64,000 bases of DNA from Eledone cirrhosa (lineage: Eukaryota). This document shows, in pieces, positions 31,030 through 43,384 of this stretch. Each line of letters starts with the position of its first letter. Positions within the stretch are counted from its first letter, which is position 1. Made by a program: the position numbers and the translations under genes. The notes beneath the pieces were generated by a model. It had not been told where the DNA came from. It was given only the letters and a program-made list of their open reading frames with translations, and did no database searches. The stretch lies in NCBI GenBank assembly GCA_964016885.1, contig OZ024743.1:320230001-320294000 (forward strand). Reading direction: 5' to 3'.

Positions 31030-31280
31030 TTATTTCTGACTGTATATGTCGAGCATCAGGTGATCCACATTATAGAACATTTGATGGCCAAACGATTCAT
31101 TTCATGGGAGCATGTAAATATACACTTGCATCAACCAAAGCTGGATTTGGTTTGCCTACATTCCATGTAGAAGTGAAAAACGAATATCGTGGCAAAACGA
31201 AGAAAGTTTCCTACACTCGCTTTTTGGATATCAAATTAAATGGTGTAACTCTCCGCTTATTACCAAAACACAAGATTTCG
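31030..31280 (+). CDS. vWD domain exon 1 (GDPH motif)
   Basis: tgtag|TTATT...ATTTCG|gtaagt; CICRASGDPHYRTFDG..HFMGACKYTL; phase 1-0. Confidence 0.93.
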
Positions 31281-32050
31281 GTAAGTGAAAGCTACGTAGT
31301 CAATAGTCATTTGTCAAACAGAGAAAGAACATTTGCAAGCAAGAAAGCAGGTAAATGTAAACACATCGACAAGTTTGTATTGCGTAATTAACTACAACCC
31401 TCTTCGAGATGACATATACATGCGTGACGTGACGAATTAGACATAAATGCTGAATTCCAAATATGTGTTTCTGTTCCTTCCTATTTTACACCTTAACGTT
31501 TTCTAATTTCATTACTTACATATCTCTTTTTAAGAAAATCTTAATCGGAATAAGTCTCTATTTCCAAACTCAACATGATTGTATTTAATTCTTGAATTGA
31601 ACATTTTCTAAACATTTATCAAAAAGTCTTTTATCAAAGGAGTTAGCAGCCTGATTCGTTCAAAACTTATATCGTCCTAGCCATATGATTATGATTATAG
31701 AAATTGTAAAGGAACCAAACCTCATTGATCACTCTATCCACAAACACATGAAAGGGCTACATTATTGTGACACAAATGCATCTCGTATCTAAGGACTTAA
31801 CCAGTTTGTGTGCCTTTGAAAATAATAACAGAATGGTTTGGATAGAATATACTCTATATTCATTATATTGTGTGTTCTTCGTTTTAACGTAGGGTATTGG
31901 CTTCTATATATGTGCTATATTTCTAATTATTATGCATGTTGTAAATCTGATGTGCATATGTAGATATGTGTGCAGTTAAACTGAAACGTGTTTGTGCATA
32001 GACATTTGAAACTAGCATTAATATTGTTATCTATTTTATTAATTCTTAAG

Positions 32051-32358
32051 GTTAACAATGAATTATTAGAAATGCCATTGGAGAACTACATGGGATTCAC
32101 AGTACGTTATTCTGCTGGCTGGGTTACGGCTACCACAGTGTTCGGTCTTCAAGTGAAATTTGATGGTAACCAGCGTGCCATTGTCAAAGTACCAAGTCTT
32201 TACAGGGGGAAATTAACAGGAATTTGTGGAGACTGCAATGGTAAAAAAGATGACTGGCGTACAAAGACAGGAAATAATGTATCAGGAAGAAGAAATAAAT
32301 ACGCTCTCATTGGTCAAAGCTATGAAGTTCCCGATGATAGTAATAAACCAATGAAATC
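32051..32358 (+). CDS. vWD domain exon 2
   Basis: cttaag|GTTAAC...AAATC|gttagt; FGLQVKFDG..VKVPSLYRGKLTGICGDCNG; phase 0-2. Confidence 0.9.
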
Positions 32359-32463
32359 GTTAGTACCATTTTATTATATTTTACATAGGAATCGACATTT
32401 TTTAATCTCCTCATCATGTTTCTTACAATTTGACGCTCATCTCTAAAATAAAGACCATAATTA

Positions 32464-32548
<85 letters not shown>

Positions 32549-32727
32549 CTCTTTGAAAACTCTTTTGAGGTATACAATCAGACACGAGAATCGTAACAAA
32601 AGAAACATTAAATACTAGTTCGATTTTATCGATTTTATCGTTGCGAGGTTTGTCTGCTATTACAATATATAAATCCATTTTAACTTTTCCAAAATAAAAA
32701 CGTGTGGTGTTCTGCTTTATTGATATA

Positions 32728-33668
32728 CTAGCAGCAGTACCAAGCATTGTCTGTGTAGGTAACATAATATCTGCTTTGATGAAAAGGTGTTGATCTTAAC
32801 GACTGCGAGTTTCTTGAAAATCGGTCGTAAGGTGTAGCAAAAGGCGAAATGTTGAGTGACATCGTATGGAATATGTGGGAGGTGTAAAAAATCGTATTTT
32901 GAAGAATTAAACGGTTGCCACGCCGTCCCTGAACAAAAACTGCAAAGTGTAAAGCTACTATAAGATGAGCAATGATAGGTTCTATTGTAGTATACAATTT
33001 GAACCAAATAAATTGATTTATATGTGAGGTGGAGCCGAAGTTTTGAATTTGAACAAAATTGGTGGGAAAATGTGGGAGCTAGAGCCCAAAAGGCGGAAAT
33101 TTGAGCGAAAAGGTAGTATTTTCGAATATTTAAGCGGCTGCCACGCCGTTCCTGAACAAAAATTCCAAAATGTAAAGCCACTCTAAGACGTGAAATAATC
33201 AGATCTAGCGTAGTGTAAAATTTGAACAAAGTACGTTGGTTAATGTGGGAGCTAGAGCCAAAAAAGAAATTTGAGTCTAAAAGTGGTATTTTTTAATATT
33301 TAAGCGGCTGCCACGCCGTTGCCGAACAACAAATGCAAAATATAAAGCCATTATAGGATGTGCAATGATAAATTCTGTTTTTTTTTAAACTTTGAACGAA
33401 ATCAGTGGCAAAATGTGGAAGCTAGAGCCAAAAATCTTATTTTTCGATACCTAAAAAAATGTGATCCCCCACCTATCGATTTTTATCTGCAGAATGATCT
33501 GGGAATAAAAAAAAAAACGATACGCTGATATATGGAAAACATTCCCCCGATGACTAATCTATGAGCCTGTAAAGTTTCATGAAAATCGGTCGTAAGATGT
33601 AGGCCCCTATAGGTAATACACAGACACACAGACACACACACACATACTTAATTTCATATATATACAGA
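32728..33668 (-). mobile_element. Non-autonomous Helitron with internal ~170-bp subrepeats
   Basis: Minus strand starts A|TCTGTATA and ends CTAG|T (AT target, no TSD); repeated unit containing gccacgccgt at ~32917, 33140, 33310. Confidence 0.65.
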
Positions 33669-33968
33669 TTTATATTCAAGACCTTGTTTCTTTGCATGTT
33701 AACGTTTTCTCGTTTCACATAAAGAAAGCTTCTTTTGTACCAAATCATTAAAGTCAATTTTAATATCGTGTTACTCTATTTAGATTTAGTTCTGTCTTTA
33801 ATGGAAAGAATATAGACAAGACAACATTAACGACATTCGGATATCTTTTAAGTTTATAATATATTTGTTATGACTGTAATCATTATAATGTTAGGATTGG
33901 TTGTCATGAATTACCTCTTTGAAACATCATTGTACATTAATAAATGTTTTCTTTTATTTTGACTCTAG

Positions 33969-34243
33969 ATGCATGGTCAATGATACTTATCCTACATGTT
34001 CTGCTAGTGTAACCAAGATTTGTAACTATATGATAAACACGAATGATCTTTTCGGAAAATGTGTGAAAAAATTAGGCGACGAAGTAGCAAAACATTTTTA
34101 TGAATCTTGCAAGATTGATGTTTGTGCATACAAAGATGTATCTAAAACACTCAAAGGTGTTAAATGCCGATCTTTTGAAGCTTTCATTCGGAAATGTGAA
34201 GAAGTTGATGTCATAATTAACTGGAGAAAGGTTTTAGGATGCT
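33969..34243 (+). CDS. C8 domain exon
   Basis: ctctag|ATGC...GGATGCT|gtaagt; FGKC..FYESCKIDVC..C..F...C....NWR...C; phase 2-1. Confidence 0.9.
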
Positions 34244-34667
34244 GTAAGTAGATATTTTGAAATGCTTCTATTTTTTCCCTTGTTTCATCTTTCCTCTATC
34301 TGTTTCTTGCTTTCTGATTGTTTTCCCATCCATTTATGAACTAACATGTCAGCATTGTTTATCTACCCCTGCCGCGGGAATTCGAATATTTTGAATTGTT
34401 CTCATTCCTCTTTACACTAAAATTTCAACATGATTTATCTACAACTTTCCCCCAAGCAATCCAATATTTTCAGATTTCTTCTTCAACGATTGATATTACA
34501 GGCGTCAAATTAAATTCCAGAAAAGACGATCATCCCTATCATTGATACCAATAGTGTTTCGTTAATGTATTTTACTGCCTTCTCCTTTATTTGCACTATC
34601 ATATCCTTCGCTTTATTTGCACTTGCATATCATCCGCTTTTATCAACATGATTTTTTTAAAATTCAG

Positions 34668-34867
34668 CTTTGGATTGCTCAAAAAGCAAAAATATGATAT
34701 ACAAATTCAAAATTCAAGCCAACCAACCAACTTGTGCCAACAAAACACCTGCATTATCTGACTATTCTACTGATGGGTGCATCTGCATGCAGGGATATGT
34801 GCTTAGTGGTACAGAATGTGTACTTCCGTCACAATGTGGCTGTATATACGATGGAACATACATAAAG
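34668..34867 (+). CDS. TIL domain exon (reduced Cys set)
   Basis: ttcag|CTTTG...ATAAAG|gtgagt; PTC...DGCICMQGYVLSGTECVLPSQCGC; phase 1-0. Confidence 0.9.
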
Positions 34868-35050
34868 GTGAGTCTCATATGTTTTGTGAAAAAGTTAAGT
34901 TTCAACATCTTTGTAAGTATTCTTCATTCGCATGCATATTGTACGTATGTTTGTATGTATGTATTGCACGTAGGTATACATGTATGTATGTATGTATGTA
35001 TGTATGTATGTATGTATGTATGTATGTATGTATGTATGTATGTATGTATA

Positions 35051-35661
35051 TGTCAGGTCACCAGTTGGTGCTACTGGTAACATGTATCCCAGTACAACCT
35101 GTCCCATGGTCGGGTCGTTGGCGACTAAACTGGCAACCCCACCAAGGTTTCTTGGTGAGGAGGGTGACTTTGGACATCCTGCAGGACTAAAAACAAAACC
35201 TGTCAAAGGGCAAAGGAGCTCTTAAGAGTCAATGGCCATCCAAAATCACCGGGAGAGATGACCCCTTAGCCTTTGTCAAGGCAGAATTCTAGGAGAAGGA
35301 AAACTCTGATATAACACCTGCAACCCTGATGGTATCCAATGATGTTGACTTGTTCTTCTTTTTGGTAAATATCATCTTGGTTAAGAGAGTGGGACTGGCT
35401 TTGTGCAGTGCCTTTGCTCACTATAAAAGCTTCACGGCACAGGCATTGCTTTATATCTGGAGATCTCTCTGCACTTGTCGTCACATGGTACCATGGGCCC
35501 AGCACTATGTGTCAGTAATTGTCACAAGTGTAGTGTTTGTACCAGAGTTTTCAAGTCGCTGGCTGGACTAAAAAGTCACACTCGTTCAGCGCATCGGTAG
35601 GGGTTCTCCTACATGGATATAAAGTAGTGGCCGTACTCGAAAACGAGTTGGCAGCCACCAT
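35051..35661 (-). mobile_element. ~610-bp non-autonomous retroposon in (CATA)n, copy A
   Basis: Near-identical full-length copies at 51048 and 52790; contains an RTE/Ceph-domain-like agagttttccttctcctag...aaggct motif. Confidence 0.75.
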
Positions 35662-35715
35662 GTATGTATGTATGTATGTATGTATGTATGTATGTATGCA
35701 TGCATGTACGTATCT

Positions 35716-36183
35716 ATGGTCGGATCGTCGGCGACTAAACCGGCAACCCCACCAAGCTTGCTTGGTGAGGACGGTGATATTTGGACACCCTGCAGGGTGA
35801 AATACAAGACCCGGCAAAGGGCGGAGGAACTCAGCAGAGTCAACAGCCATCCAAATAGTACTTTTTCTTTTCACCTGGGAGTGAAAGGCCCCCAATTGCT
35901 GTCACAACACCTTTCTAGGAGAGGGGAAACTCTGAAAAAACGTCGCAGCTTCGGAAGCATCCGATAATGTTGACTAGTTCTCCTTTTTGGGTAGTGTTTT
36001 CGATGCTCAGAGAGTGGGATTGTTCGAGTGCATGGCCTTTCCCCACTTAAAAAAGCTTCAAAGCACAGGCATTGCTTGTTCAGGATATGTTACAGGTTCA
36101 TGTGGCTGGCCGCTGTCTAAAAGTGCATCAAACACGATAATCTGACAAGTGATTACAGTACAGTTAGCAGAGTTTGCAGCCAT
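35716..36183 (-). mobile_element. Diverged relative of the 610-bp retroposon
   Basis: Collinear similarity to 35106-35560 (ggcgactaaac.ggcaacccc; ggacaccctgcagg; gcacaggcattgctt). Confidence 0.65.
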
Positions 36184-36351
36184 GATGTTTGTATTTATCT
36201 ATGTGTGTATCTATGAATATATGTTTACGTATGTATATGCATAGATGTAAGTAGGCATGTATGTTTGTAAGTATGCAGGTATGCAGGTATGCATGTATGT
36301 ATGTACCTATGTACCTAACTACTCATCTCTCTCTCTTTCTTCTCCTCTCTA

Positions 36352-36396
<45 letters not shown>

Positions 36397-36442
36397 CATG
36401 TATATGGATATATAAATTTATATGGATATATATATTTATATA

Positions 36443-36625
36443 ATTGTTTGTACTTTTGGCACAAGGCCAGCAATTACCCAGTACATTACTGGTACTTTAT
36501 TTTATCGACCCCTGTAAGGATGAAAGGCAAAGTTAACCTCGGCGGGATTTGAACTCAGACCGTAAAGAGACGTAACTATGCTGGAATGCATGGCGTCCGA
36601 CTCTCCACTGATACTGCCAATCCAC
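36443..36625 (-). mobile_element. tRNA-derived SINE
   Basis: A box TGGCAGTATCAG, B box GAGTTCAAATC, core ctttgcctttcatcctta..ggggtcgataaa; further copies 50580-50712, 50767-50872, 62336-62452. Confidence 0.8.
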
Positions 36626-36629
36626 AATG

Positions 36630-36788
<159 letters not shown>

Positions 36789-36883
36789 CTTTGAAAGAGA
36801 TAAAAGGCTAAACAATGCAAGTAATCTGGTAATCTTTGTTTTTGTTGTTGTTGTTGTTGTTATTATTGTTGTTGTTCTTTTAT

Positions 36884-36928
36884 ATGTCCAATATTTCGGG
36901 ACCTAAAAGTCCCTTCATCAGGGATTAA
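36884..36928 (-). ncRNA. Minimal hammerhead-like motif of the PLE fragment
   Basis: Minus strand aatcc-CTGATGA-a-GGGAC ttttag GTCCC-GAAAT ATT-gga. Confidence 0.55.
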
Positions 36929-37860
36929 GGAACCTTTAGTGAATAACGTTCCAATTTCCTCTCTTTGAGATATATATTGATTTGATTTAAAGTTTTTCTA
37001 AGTCGTTTTCAAGCATTTTTTGGTGGTTACTTCCCTTTCCACGTGAATGACGTCAATTGCCAATATAGTATTTCGCGAAATCAATTTTCCTTTTTGTATG
37101 AGATGTTTAGTTTGTGTGCCTGTGGGTGTGTGTTTTTATGTCAAGTACTGTGTGCTGAGTTCTAATCTATTATTTATTTGCGGGTTGAGTCTTCGTATGA
37201 GCAAAGCTTCCTTAATTCTTTAGTTGCCCACTATCACTGGCTTTAATGGTAACGGTAATATGTTGGATGATGTTTCTACATTTGTCAATGTATTTTTTTT
37301 GAATGATGATACGCGTGTGTTGAGGTGTTCTTTAATGCGAGTGTGGAGTGCTCGAATCGTGCTACCAATGTAGAACTCCTTACATTTATTGCATTTAATC
37401 CGGTATATCATGTGTCCGCTGGCACATACCTGTATCGCGAATAGGGCAGTTAGTCAGCGAGCATTGATTGTTGTTGTCTCTGGATTGCTTTTTAGACATG
37501 TATCCGCGCAGTGAAGGGCCGGAGTGTACTAACTCTATGTCCAGTCCTTTTTTGCGGATAGCTTTGCAGAGAGCTCTGAGGATATCTGTGGTTAGGCGTT
37601 CGCTGAAATGTGGTAATTTCATGAAGTAGGTGTTAGAGGAGGCCATGTGCATGCGGCACCTTCGATTCTTAAGTCTATTTCGTTTCATTCTTTTCCATTT
37701 ATCGTTTTCGGTGCGCCCGGCCGACTAACTCACTCGATATGCAAATTAGGCTGCTCAGCCGTTAATATGCATAAGGAAAGTATATACTTTCAAACTCTCA
37801 ATCATCTGACAGGGATGTATACGATGCTGACGATAGCTAATAAGTTTGAAACTAGTTCAT
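36884..37860 (-). mobile_element. 5'-truncated Penelope-like element (Penelope/Poseidon-type GIY-YIG), frameshifted
   Basis: IYRIKCNKCKEFYIGSTIRALHTRIKEH...RIKEALLIRRLNPQIN; hammerhead motif downstream. Confidence 0.8.
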
Positions 37861-38153
37861 CGTTCCTTTGTCAGTGTTGAACAAAAGGGCAACGATGGTT
37901 GCCGAACACTGTACGGCGTAATTCGGGCTGTTTGTTTACAAATAAACCGAACATTATAATAAATGTTCGGTAAACCCATACGTACATATATATATATATA
38001 TATGTGCATGTATGTATATATATACATGCTACTGTACGTCTGTATACATATATGTATGTACGTATACATACTTATATTTAAGTATCAGCCGTACTAAGAG
38101 TGAGAAATGAAATTTCGTTTCATTCTTTTCCATTTATATATATATATATATAT

Positions 38154-38886
38154 ATAAGTAAGATGTATGGTAGGTCGTATGTGAATCGCGATGATCACGT
38201 CTGACTTACCAAATATGTGACGGTAGCTAGTTAAGCTCTATGCGGATACGCAGAGCAGAAATATTAGTTAAAAAGAACAAAGGAACTATTATGACATTAT
38301 AACAAGTTTATTGCCGACAGCCGTTTCGTCCGACCCCATGGTGGGACTTATCAAGGCATATAACATGTGATTGCAAGATCATTGTTTACATCAACGTATC
38401 ACTCAAGGCTAGCAGTTTGAAATTGTTGTATACATCAGCAACTCCGCTTTAAGGGGGGCTCTTTTATATTAGTTGTCGGGGTCAGGGATTGAAGTTTAAA
38501 AAGTAGACAAAAATATATAATTCACGCATCAACATTAAACCAAAGACCTGGGGTCCCGTTGAAGCACCTCAGAAAATCCCTCAATGAGTGCATAAAGCTT
38601 ACAGGCTCCAATACACCTATTAGTCTAGAAGAAAATTAAGAGGCTAATAAAATAAGAAAATAAAAATATAAAGTTTCCCTAAAAAATATATAGAGTTCCT
38701 ATGAAATTTCTTCTAGAGAAAAAAAATTTTTTCCGAAAGAAAAAAACCTTCTTCCCCCGAGATCACGTTTACAAAATTAAGAAAACTGAATTGAAAACTA
38801 GGTTGAAAGAAACTAATCAATTAGAGGTTAATTCAGAGAGCCTTCCATAAATCTCTCAGAAAAGGCCCCTTTACTATTTCCAATAG
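38154..38886 (-). repeat. 3' pseudo-LTR of the PLE (~733 bp)
   Basis: Near-identical to 43385-44118. Confidence 0.92.
38308..38363 (-). ncRNA. Hammerhead ribozyme (U3-A8 core) in the 3' pseudo-LTR
   Basis: Minus strand tatgcc-TTGATAA-GTCC caccatggggtc GGAC-GAAAC ggct GTC-ggcaata. Confidence 0.8.
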
Positions 38887-40717
38887 GAACTTCTTCCGAG
38901 AGACCCTTCGAAGAATTAAAATTTTAGAGAGCCTTTAAGGATAAATATAAAAACGAATTGAGGAAAATTATACATTAAAAGTTAAAAATTAAAAATTACG
39001 GTATTTGGGATATCCGAGGAATTTTCAAAGGGCTGCTTCAACAGATACAACCTAGGCATAATAGGTACAATAATCTAAGCAATTTAACTAATTTAATTAG
39101 GGAGCAATTCAAGGAGTTTATCAAGTTGGGCAAGATTAAAGAAAGTGGTAACTAAGAAAATACATAAGCAAAAAGACAATAATCATAAAATGTATCTTTA
39201 AGAAGGTATAAGGTAGCTTCAGTGATCTAACCCTGTATTATCACAAAAAAACATTCTAAAATTATTGATACAGGATTAAAAATTATTAGAAAATCATTAC
39301 AAAATTACCACAAAATCATTACAAAATTATCAAATTATCATAAAATTATCGCAAAATTATTACAAAATTATCATAAAATTATTACAAAAATATAACAGGA
39401 TGAACAGTACTGGTGACCGTGTGGGCGCGATATCCATTCTGCCTATGCAGTCCCCTGCACAGCTCCAGGCACGATATCCATTAGGCGTAAGCAGTCATCT
39501 GCATAGCTCCAGGCGCAGCTGGTCTTGTTTAAACGTTCATAGATCACCTGGGGTTCACTATTATCTGCGTGGACTCTCTGGGAGATGTACCTGTGGATCT
39601 AATAGCCAGTGGTTGCCGGATGTGGTCCGTTCGATCTTTTAGTTTCAGGGGTTGAACGCTTTCGCGATAGACGAGCCTGCTGGTTCTAAGTCCAAGGTTT
39701 CGCCACGCATGATGGATTGGTCCACATGCTATATTGTTAAAAAACCAGTGTGGATTTGACTGGGGTGGTATATTACGAACTCCAAGTCCACACGCGACTG
39801 GTCAAAAGCGAAGGGCTGTCCTCTCTTTGTTTGCTGTATGGGTCGTTCTCAGCTTAGATGGTGGTCGTGTTATCCATATTCCGTCAGCCCTGTATATTCA
39901 AGACAGATCAGGGTATGTATTTGCGGGTATGGTCCTGCGTCTACGTTATCCAGAGGGTCTCGCTTGTGGTATTTTCAAGTTCGCATGTCATCTCCCGGTT
40001 AAGACTGCGCATGCTTCGGTGAATCTCAAGCATGGAATCTTAGGGTATCATATTACACGGGGTGACCAGCAGAAAATATACATTCTATGCTATCGCGCAC
40101 GCGCTGGCCTGCGGCTACGACCGTGTCCAGTCTCGGCAGACAGCAGGTAGACCAGCTATACACACCCCCGATCAGGGGGAACAACCCCTAACTTATCGAG
40201 TGGTCAGACTTCAAGGGAGTCAACTCTCCAAGCCCATTATGTCGACCGTGGTGAAATACAAAAAAAATTCCTATTAGTAAAGAACTAATCACTGATAATA
40301 AAGAACCAGCTCAAAAGAATGGGGGGGGGCATCTATTTGGGCGGGGGTTTACTAAGGGAGGGGGTGGGGTGAGTGGCTATAGGCAGGGAGCGGCCGCCAT
40401 ATTGGGTGTTTTGTTACTGTTTCCCTAGGCAGTTCTCGAGTTTATTGACATACATCTCCGACGGCACCCTCTCAGATTAGTCAACGTGGTTCCAGGCCCT
40501 CACGATGTCCTGCATCGCAGGCATCAGCTGCCCCCAGGTTGCCCAGCAACAGTGTTGCCACCAATCCCAGGTTGGCAATTGGGACACAGGGTCGTCTGTT
40601 CCTCACCAGAGTCCCCATCGCCAATCGGGGAGCCGAGGCATCCATGCGGCCGGGGTTACCACAGAGCACCCTGTACGCCAGCGGGGCCGCCACGTGCAGG
40701 ACTGGGTGGTGTCATGG

Positions 40718-43332
40718 CTATGTGTCCGGTCTGAAGAAAAATAAAGAGCTAAGTATGGTATGGGGGCAGGACGAGAAGATTTCTGATCTCCTGTTGAGCA
40801 AGTTGAGCCCTGAGAATACTATGGCATGAGATTCAGATAGGCACAGGCTACAACACCTGCTCAACGAGCTATATGGAGGAGCCTTAGTAAGGCATCTCCA
40901 GCTGAGTGTGTAGGGGGTTTTTGTTTGTTTTAAGCTATGTATATGCCCCGCTAACGACGTGGTATTTTTAAGCTTCTCATATCGGAAGCTATGCTGGTGG
41001 GCGTTGAACCTCGTCTTGAACTCATTAGTGGTTGATCCTACGTACGTCTTAGTATACGTGCCTGTGGTTACGTTACAAGCATATACCACGTTCCTGATAA
41101 GGCAGTGTCCAGCTAGTGGGCATTTGTCCTTCCTTCTGCAATTACACTCTTTAGTAGGGACATGCCCCTCAATCAGGGGTGCATGTCCCTCCAAGCGGCC
41201 GCGAGGCTGCCTAGTGGGACCGGTTCTATTGCCTAATATCCACCTGGGTCTTTCACTCAGTGGGTTGGTCCCGTGTTGTCGTGTGTGCTGGCGTGGTTCA
41301 CTATTTCGGATGGCCTTAAGTCCCTCTTTGATCTTACTTTTATTGGTCTTAGCTAGGTGTGAGGCCAGATTAGGGGTTGTAGAGTACGATAGCTTGACAG
41401 TATTCTTATTGATGACACTACCGTACCTACTACCCGGGGGGAAGTTCTTATCTATTAAAGAGAAAAAAGATTTGGGGAGGTCTGTAGTAACATTAGAGTT
41501 GAAGGGCGGGTTAAAGAAGGTACTATCACGTCTTCTATTCCTTCCACTGCGTTTCCTATCCCCTATGCAGTTTGCCCTCTCTTCGTCTATATTATTACTG
41601 GTTCCACCAGGTGTGGTTGCTGTACACCCAGTGGTATGTGCGTTGGTCTCAAGTCTCCTAGGCCTCTGTCCCCCGTTTTCACTGTTGGACTTGCTCGGGG
41701 CGGCATAAGGCTTACCAGGCGTGCGGGCCCTGTCCGTGTCTGCGTTGCGAGTGTTGCTGTTCTTATCTAACTTCCTATTGTCCCTATTCGTCTTTCTAGC
41801 TCTCCCTCCAACTCCCATGGACATATTTAGCGTGATTACAGTGCTGGGCTGGGGTGGCAGGGTGGTGCCGCCTGTCTTAACATAATGGAGTTTATCCTTG
41901 TGCCCTGACCCAGCTAGCGCCTTATTGTAATATTCCGCGTTCGCTTCAAATGCGGTCACGCTGCTAGATAGTCCGCTAATCCTACTAGATACTCCCTTAA
42001 CTATTGCTTTGAGGACTGAGCCTGGGTGGTTGGAGCCGGCATTGACGTACGTCAGCCTTTCGTTAGGTTTATGGTACGGTGCATATTCTAACTTATCTAG
42101 GTCTAGTGTGGCGTCTAAAAAGTTGACTACCTTACTATTTCTATCCATAGTTATTGATAGGTTAAAATTCTTGAAGAATTTATAAAGGTCCTTTCTAGTT
42201 CTTTCTAGGTTGTGCCGTTTAAAGTCCACAGTAAGCAATGCGTCGTCACGGTATAGCCCACCTCTGAGGTGTGGGAGCTGCTCGTTGAGCTCCTTGAGCA
42301 GGTACAATCCGACGAGCTCTGTCACCTGCGCTGAGTCGCTAGACCCCATAGTGATGTCGAAATTGTTACGAGTGTTCTTGCGCGTCCACAATTCATCCTC
42401 AAATGTGATAATTGTTTTACGAGCGGCAAGGACTATGTCAATCTGGGATCTAGCGAGTCCGCCCGTCCGCATTGCCAACATGAGCGCCTTATTTAGTAGT
42501 ATGGGGGATATAGACGTATAGTAGGAGTCTATATCGAACTGGATGAAGCGTAGTGACTTGTGGTTGCTAATGCTTGAGAACCACTTTATCACTTCTGCAG
42601 TGTTTCCCCATAGGTCCAGGCTAATCCTGTCTTTAACTTTCGGTATGACTTCATCTAGTATTTTTTTACTTATAATCCCTATGTCAGATTTAGAGGGGCT
42701 AATGAGACTGACAGAGGGGCTACTTGCAAAGTCCTCCTTATGGTCTTTCAGTGTGAACCTTGGTTGTCGGGGGGTATAAGGTTGTGTGCATTTCTCTAAT
42801 CCTAGCTTCGTTACTATCACTTTAGCCTCCCTGTTAATCTCATCTAGGTTGGCTACAGTGGTTTTTTATAGTTTTTATGTAGCTCGTTGTATATGAAGCC
42901 GCGGTATTCCTCATAGCTCAGGTTGTACATATTCCTAGTCTTATCCGAGGGTACTAGTATACACTTTCTGTCCTTAAAAAATTTAACTAGTGATTCTAAC
43001 TTTGTTTGGAAGCCGCTACGCTTACAGTTTTTTCTTTTATATCTAATAGACCGGACGAGAGACAAAAGGTCACTCTCAAATTTATCGAGCAGAGGGTTAT
43101 GGGGCGGGCTCCTAAATGTCCTAAAACCATACTTATTATTCGATGGACTCTCTAGTGGGGCGTTACGGCGCCTATCGAAGTGAAAAGTGCGCCATCTTAT
43201 TCTCCTTACAAACGAGTTAACGCTGGTTATAAGCTGCTTTTCATAAGTACCCCTTGGTGGTATGGGTATATTCTTAAGTGATAACGGAAGATGGTCCTTT
43301 GTCAGCATACTGTCAGTGTATTGAAAAGCCAC
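40718..43332 (-). CDS. PLE polyprotein (reverse transcriptase + GIY-YIG endonuclease), one frameshift near 42861-42866
   Basis: SLKNIPIP, FIQFDIDSYY, ITMGS, GLYRDD, FLDATLDL, CNCRRKDKCPLAGHC, VVY..YVGST, CSLCLSE; adding one A to the A6 run joins the 159-aa and 700-aa ORFs. Confidence 0.9.
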
Positions 43333-43384
43333 CCCAGGGCGGTGTGTTTTTCAGTGAAGGTTAAGCTCTACCGGAGGGAGCTAA

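Noticed and set aside
39424-39511. CRISPR-like repeats (also the 32900-33400 subrepeats)
   Set aside because: Tandem units without unique spacers, no cas genes, eukaryotic context
40959-41708. 249-aa plus-strand ORF and other antisense ORFs over the PLE and Dong elements
   Set aside because: Antisense shadows of GC-richer coding sequence with no recognisable motifs
42853-42870. Programmed -1 frameshift at AAAAAAC in the PLE ORF
   Set aside because: The heptamer is not in the canonical X_XXY_YYZ phase and PLEs normally have one ORF; a homopolymer deletion or assembly error is simpler
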